Part shown: in pieces, positions 28,172 to 38,107 of the stretch
Layout: each line of letters opens with the position of its first letter
Position numbering within the stretch: position 1 is the first letter of the stretch
Notes under the pieces: generated by a model
What the model was told of the DNA's origin: nothing
The model's input: only the letters and a program-made list of their open reading frames with translations
Databases searched by the model: none
Translations under genes and position numbers: made by a program
Source: Candidatus Poseidoniaceae archaeon
Lineage (GTDB): Archaea > Thermoplasmatota > Poseidoniia > Poseidoniales > Poseidoniaceae
NCBI GenBank assembly: GCA_965662895.1
Contig: CBFIJH010000001.1
Coordinates: forward strand, 64,001 to 128,000
Direction of reading: 5' to 3'
DNA: 64,000 nt

Positions 28172-28821
28172 AATATCCCCATCCACTTATGCGTCTGCAA
28201 TGAAAGTCTCCAGCCGGGGTTCTCTTTGACGATTTGTTCGGTTGATTGAAACAAAGCGCCGTTCTTTTCAATTGATTCGGATTCAATGTAACACGGTTGG
28301 ATAAAATGGTGGTCAAATTCCGTTTTTAAATCATCGTACATTGAAAGTTCCTGCCCACAGTAGACAACTTTCAATTCATTACCAGTTCGCTGACGAATCA
28401 CTGAGTTTGGATAGACTTGATCTTTTGGCGATATGCAAATCCAATCCAGAAGTCCTTCTGGTATCTGAATGGTTCCGTTGCTCTCAATCGAGAGATTGAA
28501 GTCCCGACGCTTCAGTAATCGATGCAAAGGCCAAAGGTCGTGAAGCATTGGTTCCCCGCCAGTAAAAATCACTCGTTTGCAATTGTATTGCAGAATTTCT
28601 CCGAGAATATCCAAGGCATTCATTGATGTGAACGTGTCAAAATCTGTGTCACACCACGAACATCGTAAATTGCATGTTCCAAAGCGAACAAAAACATGGG
28701 GAATTCCTGCATGGAAACCTTCACCCTGAACCGAAAAAAATATTTCAACAATTGGATATTCTGCAGCCAAGTCTTTCGGATCATCCCCAACGTGCTCGCC
28801 AGAGCGTTCGCAGTCCATCAA
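28168..28821 (-). CDS. queE: 7-carboxy-7-deazaguanine synthase (radical SAM)
   Basis: EIFFSVQGEG, CNLRCSWCDT, TGGEP, ESNG, SPK, LSLQTHK. Confidence 0.95.
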   Translation of the reverse strand: MMDCERSGEHVGDDPKDLAAEYPIVEIFFSVQGEGFHAGIPHVFVRFGTCNLRCSWCDTDFDTFTSMNALDILGEILQYNCKRVIFTGGEPMLHDLWPLHRLLKRRDFNLSIESNGTIQIPEGLLDWICISPKDQVYPNSVIRQRTGNELKVVYCGQELSMYDDLKTEFDHHFIQPCYIESESIEKNGALFQSTEQIVKENPGWRLSLQTHKWMGIL

Positions 28822-28824
28822 GCA

Positions 28825-29391
28825 TCAACTCGAATTTTCAATAAGTTGCATAAGCTCGTTACGTGCTTCCTTCTTGTCGAAAAATACACCACGCATGGCA
28901 CTTGTCGTCATGATTGCATTCTGTTTACGTACTCCTCTGCAACGCATGCATCCATGAGATGCTTGTAAAATGACAGCCGCACCAAGTGGATTTAGTTGCT
29001 CGACGAGGTCGTTTGCAACGTCATTTGTAATTCGTTCTTGATTTTGTAATCGTAGAGCATGGTGATCAACAATCCGTGCCAATTTCGAAATTCCAACAAT
29101 ACGGTCCACAGGAATGTATGCCACGTGTGCCTTCCCGCTGAAAGGTTGAAGATGGTGTTCACAGGTCGAGTGAAATTCAATGTTGCTCAGGAGTACAATT
29201 CCATCGTATCCCTCGGCATTAAATGTCGCCTGAAGAATGTCTTTTGAATCGGTTGAATAGCCAGCAAAGATTTCATCCCAGGAATCGATTACTCGTGAAG
29301 GAGTATTCATCAGACCTTCTCGATCCGGGTCTTGTTCCAGATACTTCAGTAGTGTGTATACGGCTTTTTCAGCTTCATCTCTCGTCGTCAT
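28825..29391 (-). CDS. folE: GTP cyclohydrolase I (FolE, type IA)
   Basis: DREGLMNTPSRV, STCEHH, GISKLAR, RLQNQERIT, HGCMRCRG. Confidence 0.95.
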   Translation of the reverse strand: MTTRDEAEKAVYTLLKYLEQDPDREGLMNTPSRVIDSWDEIFAGYSTDSKDILQATFNAEGYDGIVLLSNIEFHSTCEHHLQPFSGKAHVAYIPVDRIVGISKLARIVDHHALRLQNQERITNDVANDLVEQLNPLGAAVILQASHGCMRCRGVRKQNAIMTTSAMRGVFFDKKEARNELMQLIENSS

Positions 29392-29566
29392 TGTGCTTCC
29401 CTCCAATGCGCCCGTGTCGGCTATCGATGGAATCCAATTGGTCCAACAGTTTACGGCATGCAGAACGTATCGCATCCGCTACACTGATGAATTTCTTTTC
29501 ATCACCTACATGCAACTTCAAATCGGTAAGAAGTTCATTCGGCATGTCCAGACTTATCTTGGGCAT
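29375..29566 (-). CDS. Ribbon-helix-helix (CopG/NikR-N-like) transcriptional regulator
   Basis: MPKISLDMPNELLTDL...FISVADAIRSACRKLL; overlaps the folE start. Confidence 0.8.
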   Translation of the reverse strand: MPKISLDMPNELLTDLKLHVGDEKKFISVADAIRSACRKLLDQLDSIDSRHGRIGGKHNDDER

Positions 29567-29575
29567 AGCCTGTGC

Positions 29576-29590
29576 ATATTATGGTAATAT
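29576..29590. promoter_or_regulatory. Palindrome ATATTA-TGG-TAATAT in the promoter of the RHH-folE-que operon (candidate operator)
   Basis: Perfect 6-3-6 inverted repeat 10-24 bp upstream of the RHH ATG, adjoining an AT-rich TATA-like tract. Confidence 0.4.
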
Positions 29591-29600
29591 AATAAGAATA

Positions 29601-30815
29601 CTATGATTTCGTGGTGATGATGTCTTCTCGGTGAAACTGTTTCGCTGCATAACGGACCGTAAGGATGCAAATAAGCGACGATACACCAATCCAAATAAGG
29701 ACGTGCTCAATGATAATTCGATTAAGCAGCAACTCACGTAAACCAAGTAATACATTCACAAAAGGTACGCCAAACCAAAACAATTCAACATCATCAAGAT
29801 TGATAAATTGCGTGAGCAGGATTGGTAGAATCATCGCCAACGTCACTGGGGTTAAGACAGATCCAGCCTCCTTGACCGACTTTGAACGCATGGCAAGAGC
29901 GAGGTAGAGAGCCACAATCATGGTGCCGTAAAACCCAACAGCAAAAGTGAGCAAGACAATGGCCGGTAGACTAAGCGATGGGACATCGATGAAATCACTT
30001 GCAAGATAAGCAATCCCAAACAACAGTCCACTGATTTGCAAGGCAACGCCAACACCTGTGATTGTAACAACGGCTAACCATTTTCCGAGCAACAATTCCG
30101 TTCTTGATAAAGGTAAACTGAGAAGGGATTCCAACGTACCTCGCTCTCGTTCACCAACAGTCATATCAATAGAAGGTTGAACAGCTGCACTTGCAGTCCA
30201 AATCGCCAATACAAATGGAATGAACAAGGACAATAGCATACCAGCCTGTTCACCTTTTGTAGCCACATCTGCATCGGATATCGTTCCGTCCCATTGGACT
30301 GGATTGAGTGTTGATTCAACATTTAGCCCCGCTGATTCGATCCGCTGCGCGGTCAAATCGTCTTCCCACTGAGAAAGCACGTCGAGCAATCGACTACGAG
30401 CCTCATTTGATTGTTCAGATGTGGATAGGTGCAAAATCGCGTAATACCAGGTTTCGTTTCTTAATTCCATTCTCAGAATTGCATCGATTTCCAATTCTCT
30501 GAGTTGATCTGTGTTGTTCCCTGAGTCTGAAAGGGATTCCAAATCTACAGGTAATGGTTCAATTGAAATTGCTGCTGATTGATTCACTATCTCCTGAACG
30601 AGATAATTTTCAATATCATCGGATTGTATGAGGATCTCCACAGTTTTTTGTTCCAATTCGGCTGCCTCATTCTGCATAACAACAGGAAACGCAATGAAAA
30701 GCAACGGAAAAAGAAGCAATGGAATGAGGACAAGAGCTACGATCGTTCTCCAATCCCGAACAAATTCGATGATTTCTTTCTTGGCTACGATTACGATTCG
30801 TCTTCGACTACTCAT
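29601..30815 (-). CDS. ABC-2 exporter permease (NatB-like)
   Basis: KKEIIEFVRDWRT, GERERGTLESLLSLP...LLGK. Confidence 0.88.
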   Translation of the reverse strand: MSSRRRIVIVAKKEIIEFVRDWRTIVALVLIPLLLFPLLFIAFPVVMQNEAAELEQKTVEILIQSDDIENYLVQEIVNQSAAISIEPLPVDLESLSDSGNNTDQLRELEIDAILRMELRNETWYYAILHLSTSEQSNEARSRLLDVLSQWEDDLTAQRIESAGLNVESTLNPVQWDGTISDADVATKGEQAGMLLSLFIPFVLAIWTASAAVQPSIDMTVGERERGTLESLLSLPLSRTELLLGKWLAVVTITGVGVALQISGLLFGIAYLASDFIDVPSLSLPAIVLLTFAVGFYGTMIVALYLALAMRSKSVKEAGSVLTPVTLAMILPILLTQFINLDDVELFWFGVPFVNVLLGLRELLLNRIIIEHVLIWIGVSSLICILTVRYAAKQFHREDIITTKS

Positions 30816-31629
30816 CCTCGGCCACCTCCATTGGTTTGGAGCGCGTGAAGAATTTCCTCCACAGAAGTGAAAATTTCGATGGCTTTTCCACCTCTTGCAA
30901 TCGGGGTCTTGCAGTTTCACTCGTCAACGTGACATAGGCCTCTTCGAGTGTTGATGTATCTGTCATGGCGAGTAATTCTTCAGGAGTTCCATCCGCCTGT
31001 ATCAATCCATTATGGACGATGATTATACGGTCGCACACTTGTTGGGCTTCAGCTAAATGGTGCGTGGAATAAATCACGGTTCCACCCTCATCTTTCAATT
31101 TTCGAACGAGTGAACGAACCGTTCGTGCTGATGTGACATCCAACCCTCCGGTTGGTTCGTCGAGAAGAAGGATTTGAGGTCCATGTGCTAACGCACGCAA
31201 GAGAGCAGTTTTTTGCTTCATACCTCTCGAGAATCCTTCTGTATATCGATGCAAGGAGTGCTCGATATCGAGCAATTGTGCAAAACGGTAGGTTCGGTTC
31301 CATGCAACTTGATCATCAATACCATGAAGACGACTATGGTATCGAATGTTCTCCCAAGCTGTCAATTTTGAATAAAGGCCTGTAGATTCCGGTACCACAC
31401 CCAAAACATTTCGCATTTCGGAAACATGCCGTCCATTGTCCAATTGAATCGTACCCTTGGTAGGCTGATACACTCCCGACATTAGTCGCAGTAAGGTGGT
31501 CTTACCAGCTCCATTCCCGCCAACGAGACCAACAACCGAATTTCCGTAAATATCGATGTTAACATGCTCAATCGCTTGGATATCACCGAAAGATTTCCTA
31601 ACATCGATGAGTTTTAAGAGCGGCTCCAT
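30808..31629 (-). CDS. ABC exporter ATP-binding subunit (NatA-like)
   Basis: GGNGAGKTT, FSRGMKQK, LLDEPT, STH. Confidence 0.92.
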   Translation of the reverse strand: MEPLLKLIDVRKSFGDIQAIEHVNIDIYGNSVVGLVGGNGAGKTTLLRLMSGVYQPTKGTIQLDNGRHVSEMRNVLGVVPESTGLYSKLTAWENIRYHSRLHGIDDQVAWNRTYRFAQLLDIEHSLHRYTEGFSRGMKQKTALLRALAHGPQILLLDEPTGGLDVTSARTVRSLVRKLKDEGGTVIYSTHHLAEAQQVCDRIIIVHNGLIQADGTPEELLAMTDTSTLEEAYVTLTSETARPRLQEVEKPSKFSLLWRKFFTRSKPMEVAEDE

Positions 31630-31640
31630 TTCAAGCACAC

Positions 31641-31946
31641 TCAAGAGGCTCGACCACTTTCAACGGCAAGATCAAGACCAGGGTGTTTTTCTTCAAGCCG
31701 TTTGGCGCGGTCGAGTGTATTATGCAGTTCAACCTGTATTTCTTGCTGCGACACTCCCATTTCAATGAGCGTTCCTATCAACTCAAATGCGCCTTGAACT
31801 GCACCAGCATCGAGAAAGGCTTCATTGGTAATCGTCCCATTATGTCGGAGGATTTCCAATTGTTGGGATAGAAATTCTGATTCACGTCGAATACGAGGAC
31901 CTGCAACGTGAGATAGGGCCAGTATATGATCGATGCAACTCCTCAT
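31641..31946 (-). CDS. Hypothetical helical protein
   Basis: ORF fills the gap between mce and the ABC genes on the same strand; start uncertain. Confidence 0.6.
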   Translation of the reverse strand: MRSCIDHILALSHVAGPRIRRESEFLSQQLEILRHNGTITNEAFLDAGAVQGAFELIGTLIEMGVSQQEIQVELHNTLDRAKRLEEKHPGLDLAVESGRAS

Positions 31947-31996
31947 CAGGTTGGTGTGGTCAAGGACAATTATGAGCATTCTGTATGGATTGTCTC

Positions 31997-32416
31997 TCAT
32001 CTCTGTTTGAGTTCAACCAAAATACCGCCAGTGCTTTTCGGATGCACAAAAGCGATGTACGAATTATGAGCTCCTTTTCGGGGAGATTCGTCAATCATGT
32101 GGATGTCATTGTTCAATAGATGTTGAATCATCTCATCCAAGTTGTCGACAGCGAGGCACAACTGTTGGATCCCAGGTCCTCGTTTTGCAAGAAACCTTCC
32201 GATTGGGGTCTCATGACCAGTTGGCTCAAGGATTTCGATGTTCGTTGCTGAATCAGGAATTTGATCCAACGGAAAAAAACGAGTGATGACGCCTTGGTCT
32301 TCCACACGGTCGTCAGTGCCAGAACTCACCAAACCTATGAGTTCCCAAAATCGACTCCCCTCGTCCAAGCTATGTGCAGCGATTCCGACATGATCAATGG
32401 TAATTCGTTGTTTCAT
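31997..32416 (-). CDS. mce: Methylmalonyl-CoA epimerase (VOC fold)
   Basis: IDHVGIA, IEILEP, FLAKRGPG, AFVHPKSTGGILVEL; adjacent to the mutase. Confidence 0.93.
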   Translation of the reverse strand: MKQRITIDHVGIAAHSLDEGSRFWELIGLVSSGTDDRVEDQGVITRFFPLDQIPDSATNIEILEPTGHETPIGRFLAKRGPGIQQLCLAVDNLDEMIQHLLNNDIHMIDESPRKGAHNSYIAFVHPKSTGGILVELKQR

Positions 32417-32424
32417 GTTCTCAC

Positions 32425-33999
32425 CTAGAATCCGCTGGGTGCAGAGTACGTGCCAAAGACTTCCTTCATGGCTTGCATGATTTCACCGAGTGTTGCATCA
32501 GCTCGAACGGCATCAAGGACAAGAGGAAACAGGTTCGAGCCATCCTTTGCGGCGTTCGTAATACGTTCAAGAATCAGAATGACATCCTCACTCTTCCTAT
32601 TTTGACGCAGTTCTTGCAGACGTTCGCATTGCTGTTGAAACACCTTTGGATTCAGTTTCATAGGCTTGATTTGAAGAGATTCGTCCATAGTACCGTGATT
32701 AATACCTACAATTTTTCGGGAACCATCCTCAATTTCGTTGAAATAGCGATATGCTGTAGTATGAATTTCTTGTTGCTGATAGCCTTGCTCGATTGCTTTT
32801 AATGCGCCACCCATCGATTCAATATGTCGAATCTCTTCTTTTGCTCGTTTGTAAATCTCATCGGTAAGGGATTCAATATGATAGGAACCAGCAAAAGGAT
32901 CGACGACATCAGCAACACCCGATTCTTCTGCAATAATTTGTTGTGTACGTAAAGCGATGGTTGCACTTTCCTCTGTGGGTAGTCCCAATGCCTCATCATA
33001 ACTGTTGGTGTGCAGGCTTTGTGTACCACCACATACTGCAGCAAGCGCTTGAATCGTAACACGACTGATGTTGTTCAACGGTTGTTGTGCTGTCAACGAA
33101 ACACCGGCGACTTGTGTATGGAATCGTAATTGGGTTGAACGTGGATTTTTCGGAGAATAACGCTCTTTCATTAAATCGTGCCAGAGCCGTCGTGCAGCGC
33201 GAAATTTTGAGATCTCTTCAAGGAAATCATTGTGACAGTTGAAGAAAAACGATAACCTTGGAGCAAAAGAATCAACCTCCAGCCCTTTGGTATGAGCTGA
33301 TTCAACATAGGCAAGTGCATTTGATAGTGTGAACGCTAATTCTTGAACAGCGGTTGACCCGGCTTCTCGTATGTGATAACCTGAAATTGAAATGGTATTC
33401 CATTTCGGAATATTTTTCGAACAATGTTCGAAGATGTCCGTAATCAAGCGCATGGAATGCTCAGGTGGAAAGACGTATGTGCCGCGTGCAATGTATTCCT
33501 TGAGTATATCATTCTGGATTGTCCCTGAAATTTTTTCACTTGTAACACCTTGTTCTTCAGCCACAACGCAATACATTGCAAGTAAAATCATTGCAGGAGC
33601 GTTAATTGTCATGGATGTCGATACCTTGTTCAATGGTATCTGATCAAACAAATCTCTCATGTCCTGAAGGCAAGAAATTGAGACGCCAACCTTTCCTACT
33701 TCTCCTTCACTCAGCGGATCATCCGCATCAAGGCCTAGCTGTGTTGGTAAGTCGAAGGCGACTGAGAGGCCTTTTTGACCACGGTCGAGCAGGAGTCTAA
33801 AACGCTCATTTGTTTCTTTTGCTGAAGAGAAACCAGCATATTGGCGCATGGTCCACAATCTGTTGCGATACATTTTTTCGTGGATTCCTCGGGTGTATGG
33901 GGGCGATCCGGGAATTTCAGTAGCATCCTTGGGTTTGTGATACGCAGGAATGGGCAAGCCTCCAAGGGTTTCCCAGGATGACTTTCTCAACTCAACCAT
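32425..33999 (-). CDS. mcmA1: Methylmalonyl-CoA mutase, substrate-binding (large) subunit
   Basis: PYTRG, WTMRQYAGF, AFDLPTQ, GTIQNDILKEY, SISGYHIREAG, QSLHTN; no fused B12-binding domain. Confidence 0.95.
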   Translation of the reverse strand: MVELRKSSWETLGGLPIPAYHKPKDATEIPGSPPYTRGIHEKMYRNRLWTMRQYAGFSSAKETNERFRLLLDRGQKGLSVAFDLPTQLGLDADDPLSEGEVGKVGVSISCLQDMRDLFDQIPLNKVSTSMTINAPAMILLAMYCVVAEEQGVTSEKISGTIQNDILKEYIARGTYVFPPEHSMRLITDIFEHCSKNIPKWNTISISGYHIREAGSTAVQELAFTLSNALAYVESAHTKGLEVDSFAPRLSFFFNCHNDFLEEISKFRAARRLWHDLMKERYSPKNPRSTQLRFHTQVAGVSLTAQQPLNNISRVTIQALAAVCGGTQSLHTNSYDEALGLPTEESATIALRTQQIIAEESGVADVVDPFAGSYHIESLTDEIYKRAKEEIRHIESMGGALKAIEQGYQQQEIHTTAYRYFNEIEDGSRKIVGINHGTMDESLQIKPMKLNPKVFQQQCERLQELRQNRKSEDVILILERITNAAKDGSNLFPLVLDAVRADATLGEIMQAMKEVFGTYSAPSGF

Positions 34000-34040
34000 G
34001 ACTCGCCCATGCAAAGACGATTCATCAAGCCTCGCATGAA

Positions 34041-34523
34041 TCAGTGCTGATGTCCGCCAGGTCCATGCGCATGGCCGTGCGCCAATTCTTCAGCAGAAGC
34101 CGCACGCACATCAACAACTTCAACACTAAACTGCAGGGTTTCTCCTGCAAGTTTGTGATTAAAATCTACTGTGACGGTTTCACCCTCAACGGATACAACG
34201 TTGAATGGACCAACATCTGACATGAGGGTCATACCTGGTTCCGGTTTTATATCTCCAAACATTTCGGATGGAATCTGTTGAATTGCTTCAGCATTTTTTT
34301 CTCCATAAGCGCGCTCTGGCTCAAGCGTAAACGTTCGGCGCTCACCTTTTTTAGCACCCATCAATTCTTGCTCAAATCCAGGAATCATTTGCTTGTGCCC
34401 GACGAGAAACGTCAGTGGATCGCGACCCTCACTGCTATCAAAAACTTCGCCGGTTTCAGGTAGAGTACCTGTGTAATGTACTGATGCGACCGCATCCTTT
34501 TCTATTGTTGCCATATTGTTCAT
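34041..34523 (-). CDS. slyD: FKBP-type peptidyl-prolyl isomerase, SlyD-like
   Basis: VHYTG, FDSS, IPGFE, AYG, VDFNHKLAG; His-rich tail HGHAHGPGGHQH. Confidence 0.92.
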   Translation of the reverse strand: MNNMATIEKDAVASVHYTGTLPETGEVFDSSEGRDPLTFLVGHKQMIPGFEQELMGAKKGERRTFTLEPERAYGEKNAEAIQQIPSEMFGDIKPEPGMTLMSDVGPFNVVSVEGETVTVDFNHKLAGETLQFSVEVVDVRAASAEELAHGHAHGPGGHQH

Positions 34524-35401
34524 CTCTTCGTTGTCAAGGCCTTGACGAGGACTCTTAGTTGTTCGGCAATTTCTGGACTGATAATCAGTTGTTCTTGTTT
34601 CTCTTCAATGAAATCAAATGACGCTTCTACACCAATACGTTCACCCTTTGCCCAAATTTGTCCGAGTAGATTTGAACGGTGTTCCTCTGCAACAAATTCA
34701 TTGTCAAGAATATCACGTGCAGCGTATTTGTAATCGTTGTATCGTTGCCGATTCAATTTCTTGACCTTTGGTTGTCGCCCGCCACCGTCATCATAACGTG
34801 AACGTCGTCTTCGATGTTCTCGTTTTTTCGGTGTCTTCGTGGCAATTTGTTTGAATACATTTTTCGATGAAGTACTTTCGACTTCTGGAAGGATTTCGAC
34901 TTCTGGACCGACTACTTCTTCAGGTATCTTCTCTTGAATAGGGGCTTCAGACATCTTGATTGTTTCTTCAATGGTGTTTGTAACGGGGGTGACCTTCGGT
35001 TCAAGAATCGATTCTGTTTTCTTAACGGACTCTTGCGATTGTTTCCTTAACTCGGCAAGACGATCGGCTCGTGAGACTTGTTGAGGCGCATTGTTCGAAT
35101 CAGTCTTTCGAATATCGTCAATATCTACAGCAGGTTTTTGCACAGAAGGCTTTGCTTGTTGTGCCTGTGCTCCGAGTCTTTTTCTTGCTTCCTCTTGCTT
35201 TCTGCGCAAATCATCTTGAACTGCGGTTTGACGAGTCGGGGTGCGTTGCTGACCAGCGTGGCTTGGGGGCGCGGAGGAGTTTCGCTCGCTTCGCTTTTTT
35301 TGGCGAACTTGGTTGGCATTTGCAGCAAATGGATTGAATGGTTCATCCGGTTTTCTGCGCCTGTCTCGAATTTTAAATCCCCCAGTATTCGTAACTCTCA
35401 T
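34520..35401 (-). CDS. Hypothetical protein, largely disordered and basic, with a folded C-terminal domain
   Basis: Long ORF overlapping the slyD start; Arg/Lys/Gln/Pro-rich. Confidence 0.7.
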   Translation of the reverse strand: MRVTNTGGFKIRDRRRKPDEPFNPFAANANQVRQKKRSERNSSAPPSHAGQQRTPTRQTAVQDDLRRKQEEARKRLGAQAQQAKPSVQKPAVDIDDIRKTDSNNAPQQVSRADRLAELRKQSQESVKKTESILEPKVTPVTNTIEETIKMSEAPIQEKIPEEVVGPEVEILPEVESTSSKNVFKQIATKTPKKREHRRRRSRYDDGGGRQPKVKKLNRQRYNDYKYAARDILDNEFVAEEHRSNLLGQIWAKGERIGVEASFDFIEEKQEQLIISPEIAEQLRVLVKALTTKR

Positions 35402-35433
35402 TCGACTTGTTAAAAACAATCCGCTACTATCGC

Positions 35434-36450
35434 CTAACTCCAGATGATTGCTGTATCATCCGTGCGCAGGTATTGATTGATTCCACTCGTCTCAAAAGTT
35501 GTCTTCCTGCCAGATTTCAGTTCGATGTATCCGAGCAGTCCAATCATGGTACCGTTATCGATGCAGTACATTCTTGGAGGTGCATGCGAAGTTGCCTCTC
35601 GGTCCTTCGCCATTTGTGAAGACATTTCCCTTAATCGATTGTTGCAGGCTACGCCTCCTCCAAGTAAGACTTCATTTTTACCGCTGTGCGCAAGGGCTCG
35701 TTCAGCAACTTCGATGCAGGCTGCAAATGCATGTTCTTGTAACGACCAACAAACAGCATCCAGATCCTTTCCTTTTTCGATAAGACGTTGTGCAGCAGTG
35801 AGGATGCCCGAAAATGCAAGATCCATACCACGAACCGGATAAGGAAGTTCAAGCCCATCCAGCGTAGCGTCAGGATTATTCTCAATGTATTGTTTCGCTA
35901 GTTTTTCTATGACAGGACCGCCAGGGAATGGAAATCCTTGTTGTCGTGCGAATTTGTCCAGCATATTTCCTATACCTATATCCAAGGTTTCGCCGAGAAC
36001 TCTGTATTTTCCTTGCAATTTAGCGATAACTTGTGTATTTCCTCCACTGACATAGAGGAGAACCGGGTCGTCACATGCACATTGTTGCCTTCCGATTTCA
36101 ATGTGGGCAACACAATGGTTGACGCCAATTAAGGGGACGTTGAGTTTGCTTGCTAAGGTTCTCGCAACAGATGCACCGATTCTTAGACATGGTCCAAGAC
36201 CCGGTCCTTGTGAATAGGAGATTGCACCAATATCGGATGGCTTCAATTGCTGTGACTCCAATACTCGAAAAAACAAGTCGGCGGCAAAATCTCTGTGATG
36301 ATCTGCAGCTTCTCGAGGATGAATTCCACCTTCAAGAGGTTTGATGGTATCTCCAATTGAGGGATATGGAATGCCATCTGCATCAACGAGACCGAATGAA
36401 AATGTGTGCGCTGTGGACTCAATCCCTATAGTCCATTTGCTTTCTTGCAT
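35434..36450 (-). CDS. kae1: tRNA t6A synthase Kae1 (KEOPS)
   Basis: GIESTAHT, GGIHPREAA, GPGLGPCL, NHCVAH, SGGNTQ, GETLD, DNG. Confidence 0.96.
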   Translation of the reverse strand: MQESKWTIGIESTAHTFSFGLVDADGIPYPSIGDTIKPLEGGIHPREAADHHRDFAADLFFRVLESQQLKPSDIGAISYSQGPGLGPCLRIGASVARTLASKLNVPLIGVNHCVAHIEIGRQQCACDDPVLLYVSGGNTQVIAKLQGKYRVLGETLDIGIGNMLDKFARQQGFPFPGGPVIEKLAKQYIENNPDATLDGLELPYPVRGMDLAFSGILTAAQRLIEKGKDLDAVCWSLQEHAFAACIEVAERALAHSGKNEVLLGGGVACNNRLREMSSQMAKDREATSHAPPRMYCIDNGTMIGLLGYIELKSGRKTTFETSGINQYLRTDDTAIIWS

Positions 36451-36494
36451 GGATACCCCTACATGCGATTGTTCTTGAACTCTCACCTACAGCA

Positions 36495-37715
36495 ATGTAC
36501 ATGCGAACCATATTCCACAATATAGGTTCCATACAAACGCTTGATGAAAACGATTCATTAATTTTTGGAAAAAGTATTGTTGTAGAAAGTAATGTCATAG
36601 TAGATATTTGTGATTCAATAGAAGAATATCAATCCTCAGATTCAAAACTTGTCGATGCAGGTGGCAAAGCGATAGTTCCTGGATTTATTGATGCGCATAA
36701 CCACCTGTTGTGGTCTGGTGATCGATTTAACGAACATAATTTGCGGATGCAAGGCAAATCCTATTCGGATATTGCAAAACTTGGCGGAGGAATAATGCAG
36801 ACGGTTCGCCAGACGCGGGGAAGCAGTGATCAGGAATTACGAGACTTAGGGAAGTCCAGACTACAAGAAGCCCTGCGATACGGTACAACATTCATTGAAG
36901 CGAAATCTGGATATGGACTATCAACAGACTCTGAAATTCGATTGCTGACAATAGCAAAGCAACTAAACGAAGAGGAAAACCTACCCTCGCTTCATTCAAC
37001 ATGGATGGGGGCACACGCTGTTACACCTGAACATACATATTCGACATATACTGAGGAAATACTCTCTGACCAATTACCCTCGATTCTTGACTCAAACCTA
37101 GCTGATTCCGCTGATGTGTTTTGTGAACCTGGATGGTTTACATTGGAACAATCCGAGGACATTTTGCGAGCTTCGAGAAAAGGCGGTCTTGATTTACGAA
37201 TGCATGTTGATGAATTTGTTAATGGAGGTGGTGGTGAACTGGCTGCAGAACTCAAAGTCCGCACAGCGGATCACGCCCATCATACCTCTCGGGACACGCG
37301 TCTGAACATGCGAGATGCTGGAGTCATGACAGGTTTCTTGCCGGGCACACCGTATTGCAATGGTGATTCTTGGCCGGATTTTCAGCAAGCTGAATCGGAC
37401 AACGTGCCATTTACGCTCGCTACGGATTTTAATCCGAATTGTTTCATTAACAGCATTCCATTCATTGGATCCTTGGCTGTGCAACGGAATGGTATGACGC
37501 CATATCGAGCACTTGATTGTGTCACTCGACAAGCAGCGCTCTCAACACCACGTTTGGATGGTTTAGAACATGGTTCGATTAAAATCGGCTCAGTAGCAAA
37601 TTTCAACATCCTCAAGAGTAAACACTGGGAGAGTTGGTGCATGACCCCCGCCACGTCTCCAATTGATTCCGTTTGTCTTGAGGGACAATTTATTGAGTTT
37701 TTATCAAACTCTTAA
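36495..37715 (+). CDS. hutI: Imidazolonepropionase
   Basis: PGFIDAHNH, GGGI, EAKSGYGL, DVFCE, HVDE, ATDFNP. Confidence 0.93.
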   Translation: MYMRTIFHNIGSIQTLDENDSLIFGKSIVVESNVIVDICDSIEEYQSSDSKLVDAGGKAIVPGFIDAHNHLLWSGDRFNEHNLRMQGKSYSDIAKLGGGIMQTVRQTRGSSDQELRDLGKSRLQEALRYGTTFIEAKSGYGLSTDSEIRLLTIAKQLNEEENLPSLHSTWMGAHAVTPEHTYSTYTEEILSDQLPSILDSNLADSADVFCEPGWFTLEQSEDILRASRKGGLDLRMHVDEFVNGGGGELAAELKVRTADHAHHTSRDTRLNMRDAGVMTGFLPGTPYCNGDSWPDFQQAESDNVPFTLATDFNPNCFINSIPFIGSLAVQRNGMTPYRALDCVTRQAALSTPRLDGLEHGSIKIGSVANFNILKSKHWESWCMTPATSPIDSVCLEGQFIEFLSNS

Positions 37716-37765
37716 CGTAAAGAAATATTTTTGAACAGTAATCTTGAAGTAAATGAGGGATATTC

Positions 37766-38098
37766 ATGGCATGGTTGGAAACGGTTGTATGTTCATCGCT
37801 GAAAAAAGTCGATGCAAGGTTCTTGAGGATCCTCAACTCGCATCAAGAACTCAAACGAAGACAAGACGGGTGTCTTCTTGCGTGGGCTGCGAGATCTGTT
37901 GATGGCCAACCACTGTTTCTTGTCCAAACGTTGTACAAATCCCGTAGCTACATGAAATCGATCACAAAGTTGGTCTCAAACAAGTTGGACCAAGAGCATG
38001 GTCCACTCGAGTCTTTCATGAGTGGTCCTCCTCTAGTTGGCATTTTCGAGGTTGACGAGTTGAAATTCCTCGAACAACTCGAATCTCTCAAAAATTAG
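37766..38098 (+). CDS. Hypothetical protein, possibly an ABM-like dimeric alpha/beta barrel
   Basis: 110-aa ORF; the pattern RQDGC...FLVQTLYKS loosely resembles ABM monooxygenases. Confidence 0.55.
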   Translation: MAWLETVVCSSLKKVDARFLRILNSHQELKRRQDGCLLAWAARSVDGQPLFLVQTLYKSRSYMKSITKLVSNKLDQEHGPLESFMSGPPLVGIFEVDELKFLEQLESLKN

Positions 38099-38107
38099 AA
38101 CCCCTAC

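Noticed and set aside
26558-29566. que cluster as a 7-deazaguanine DNA-modification (dpd) defence island
   Set aside because: No dpdA/TGT-like, helicase or nuclease genes are adjacent and the flanks are housekeeping genes; tRNA archaeosine supply is more parsimonious.
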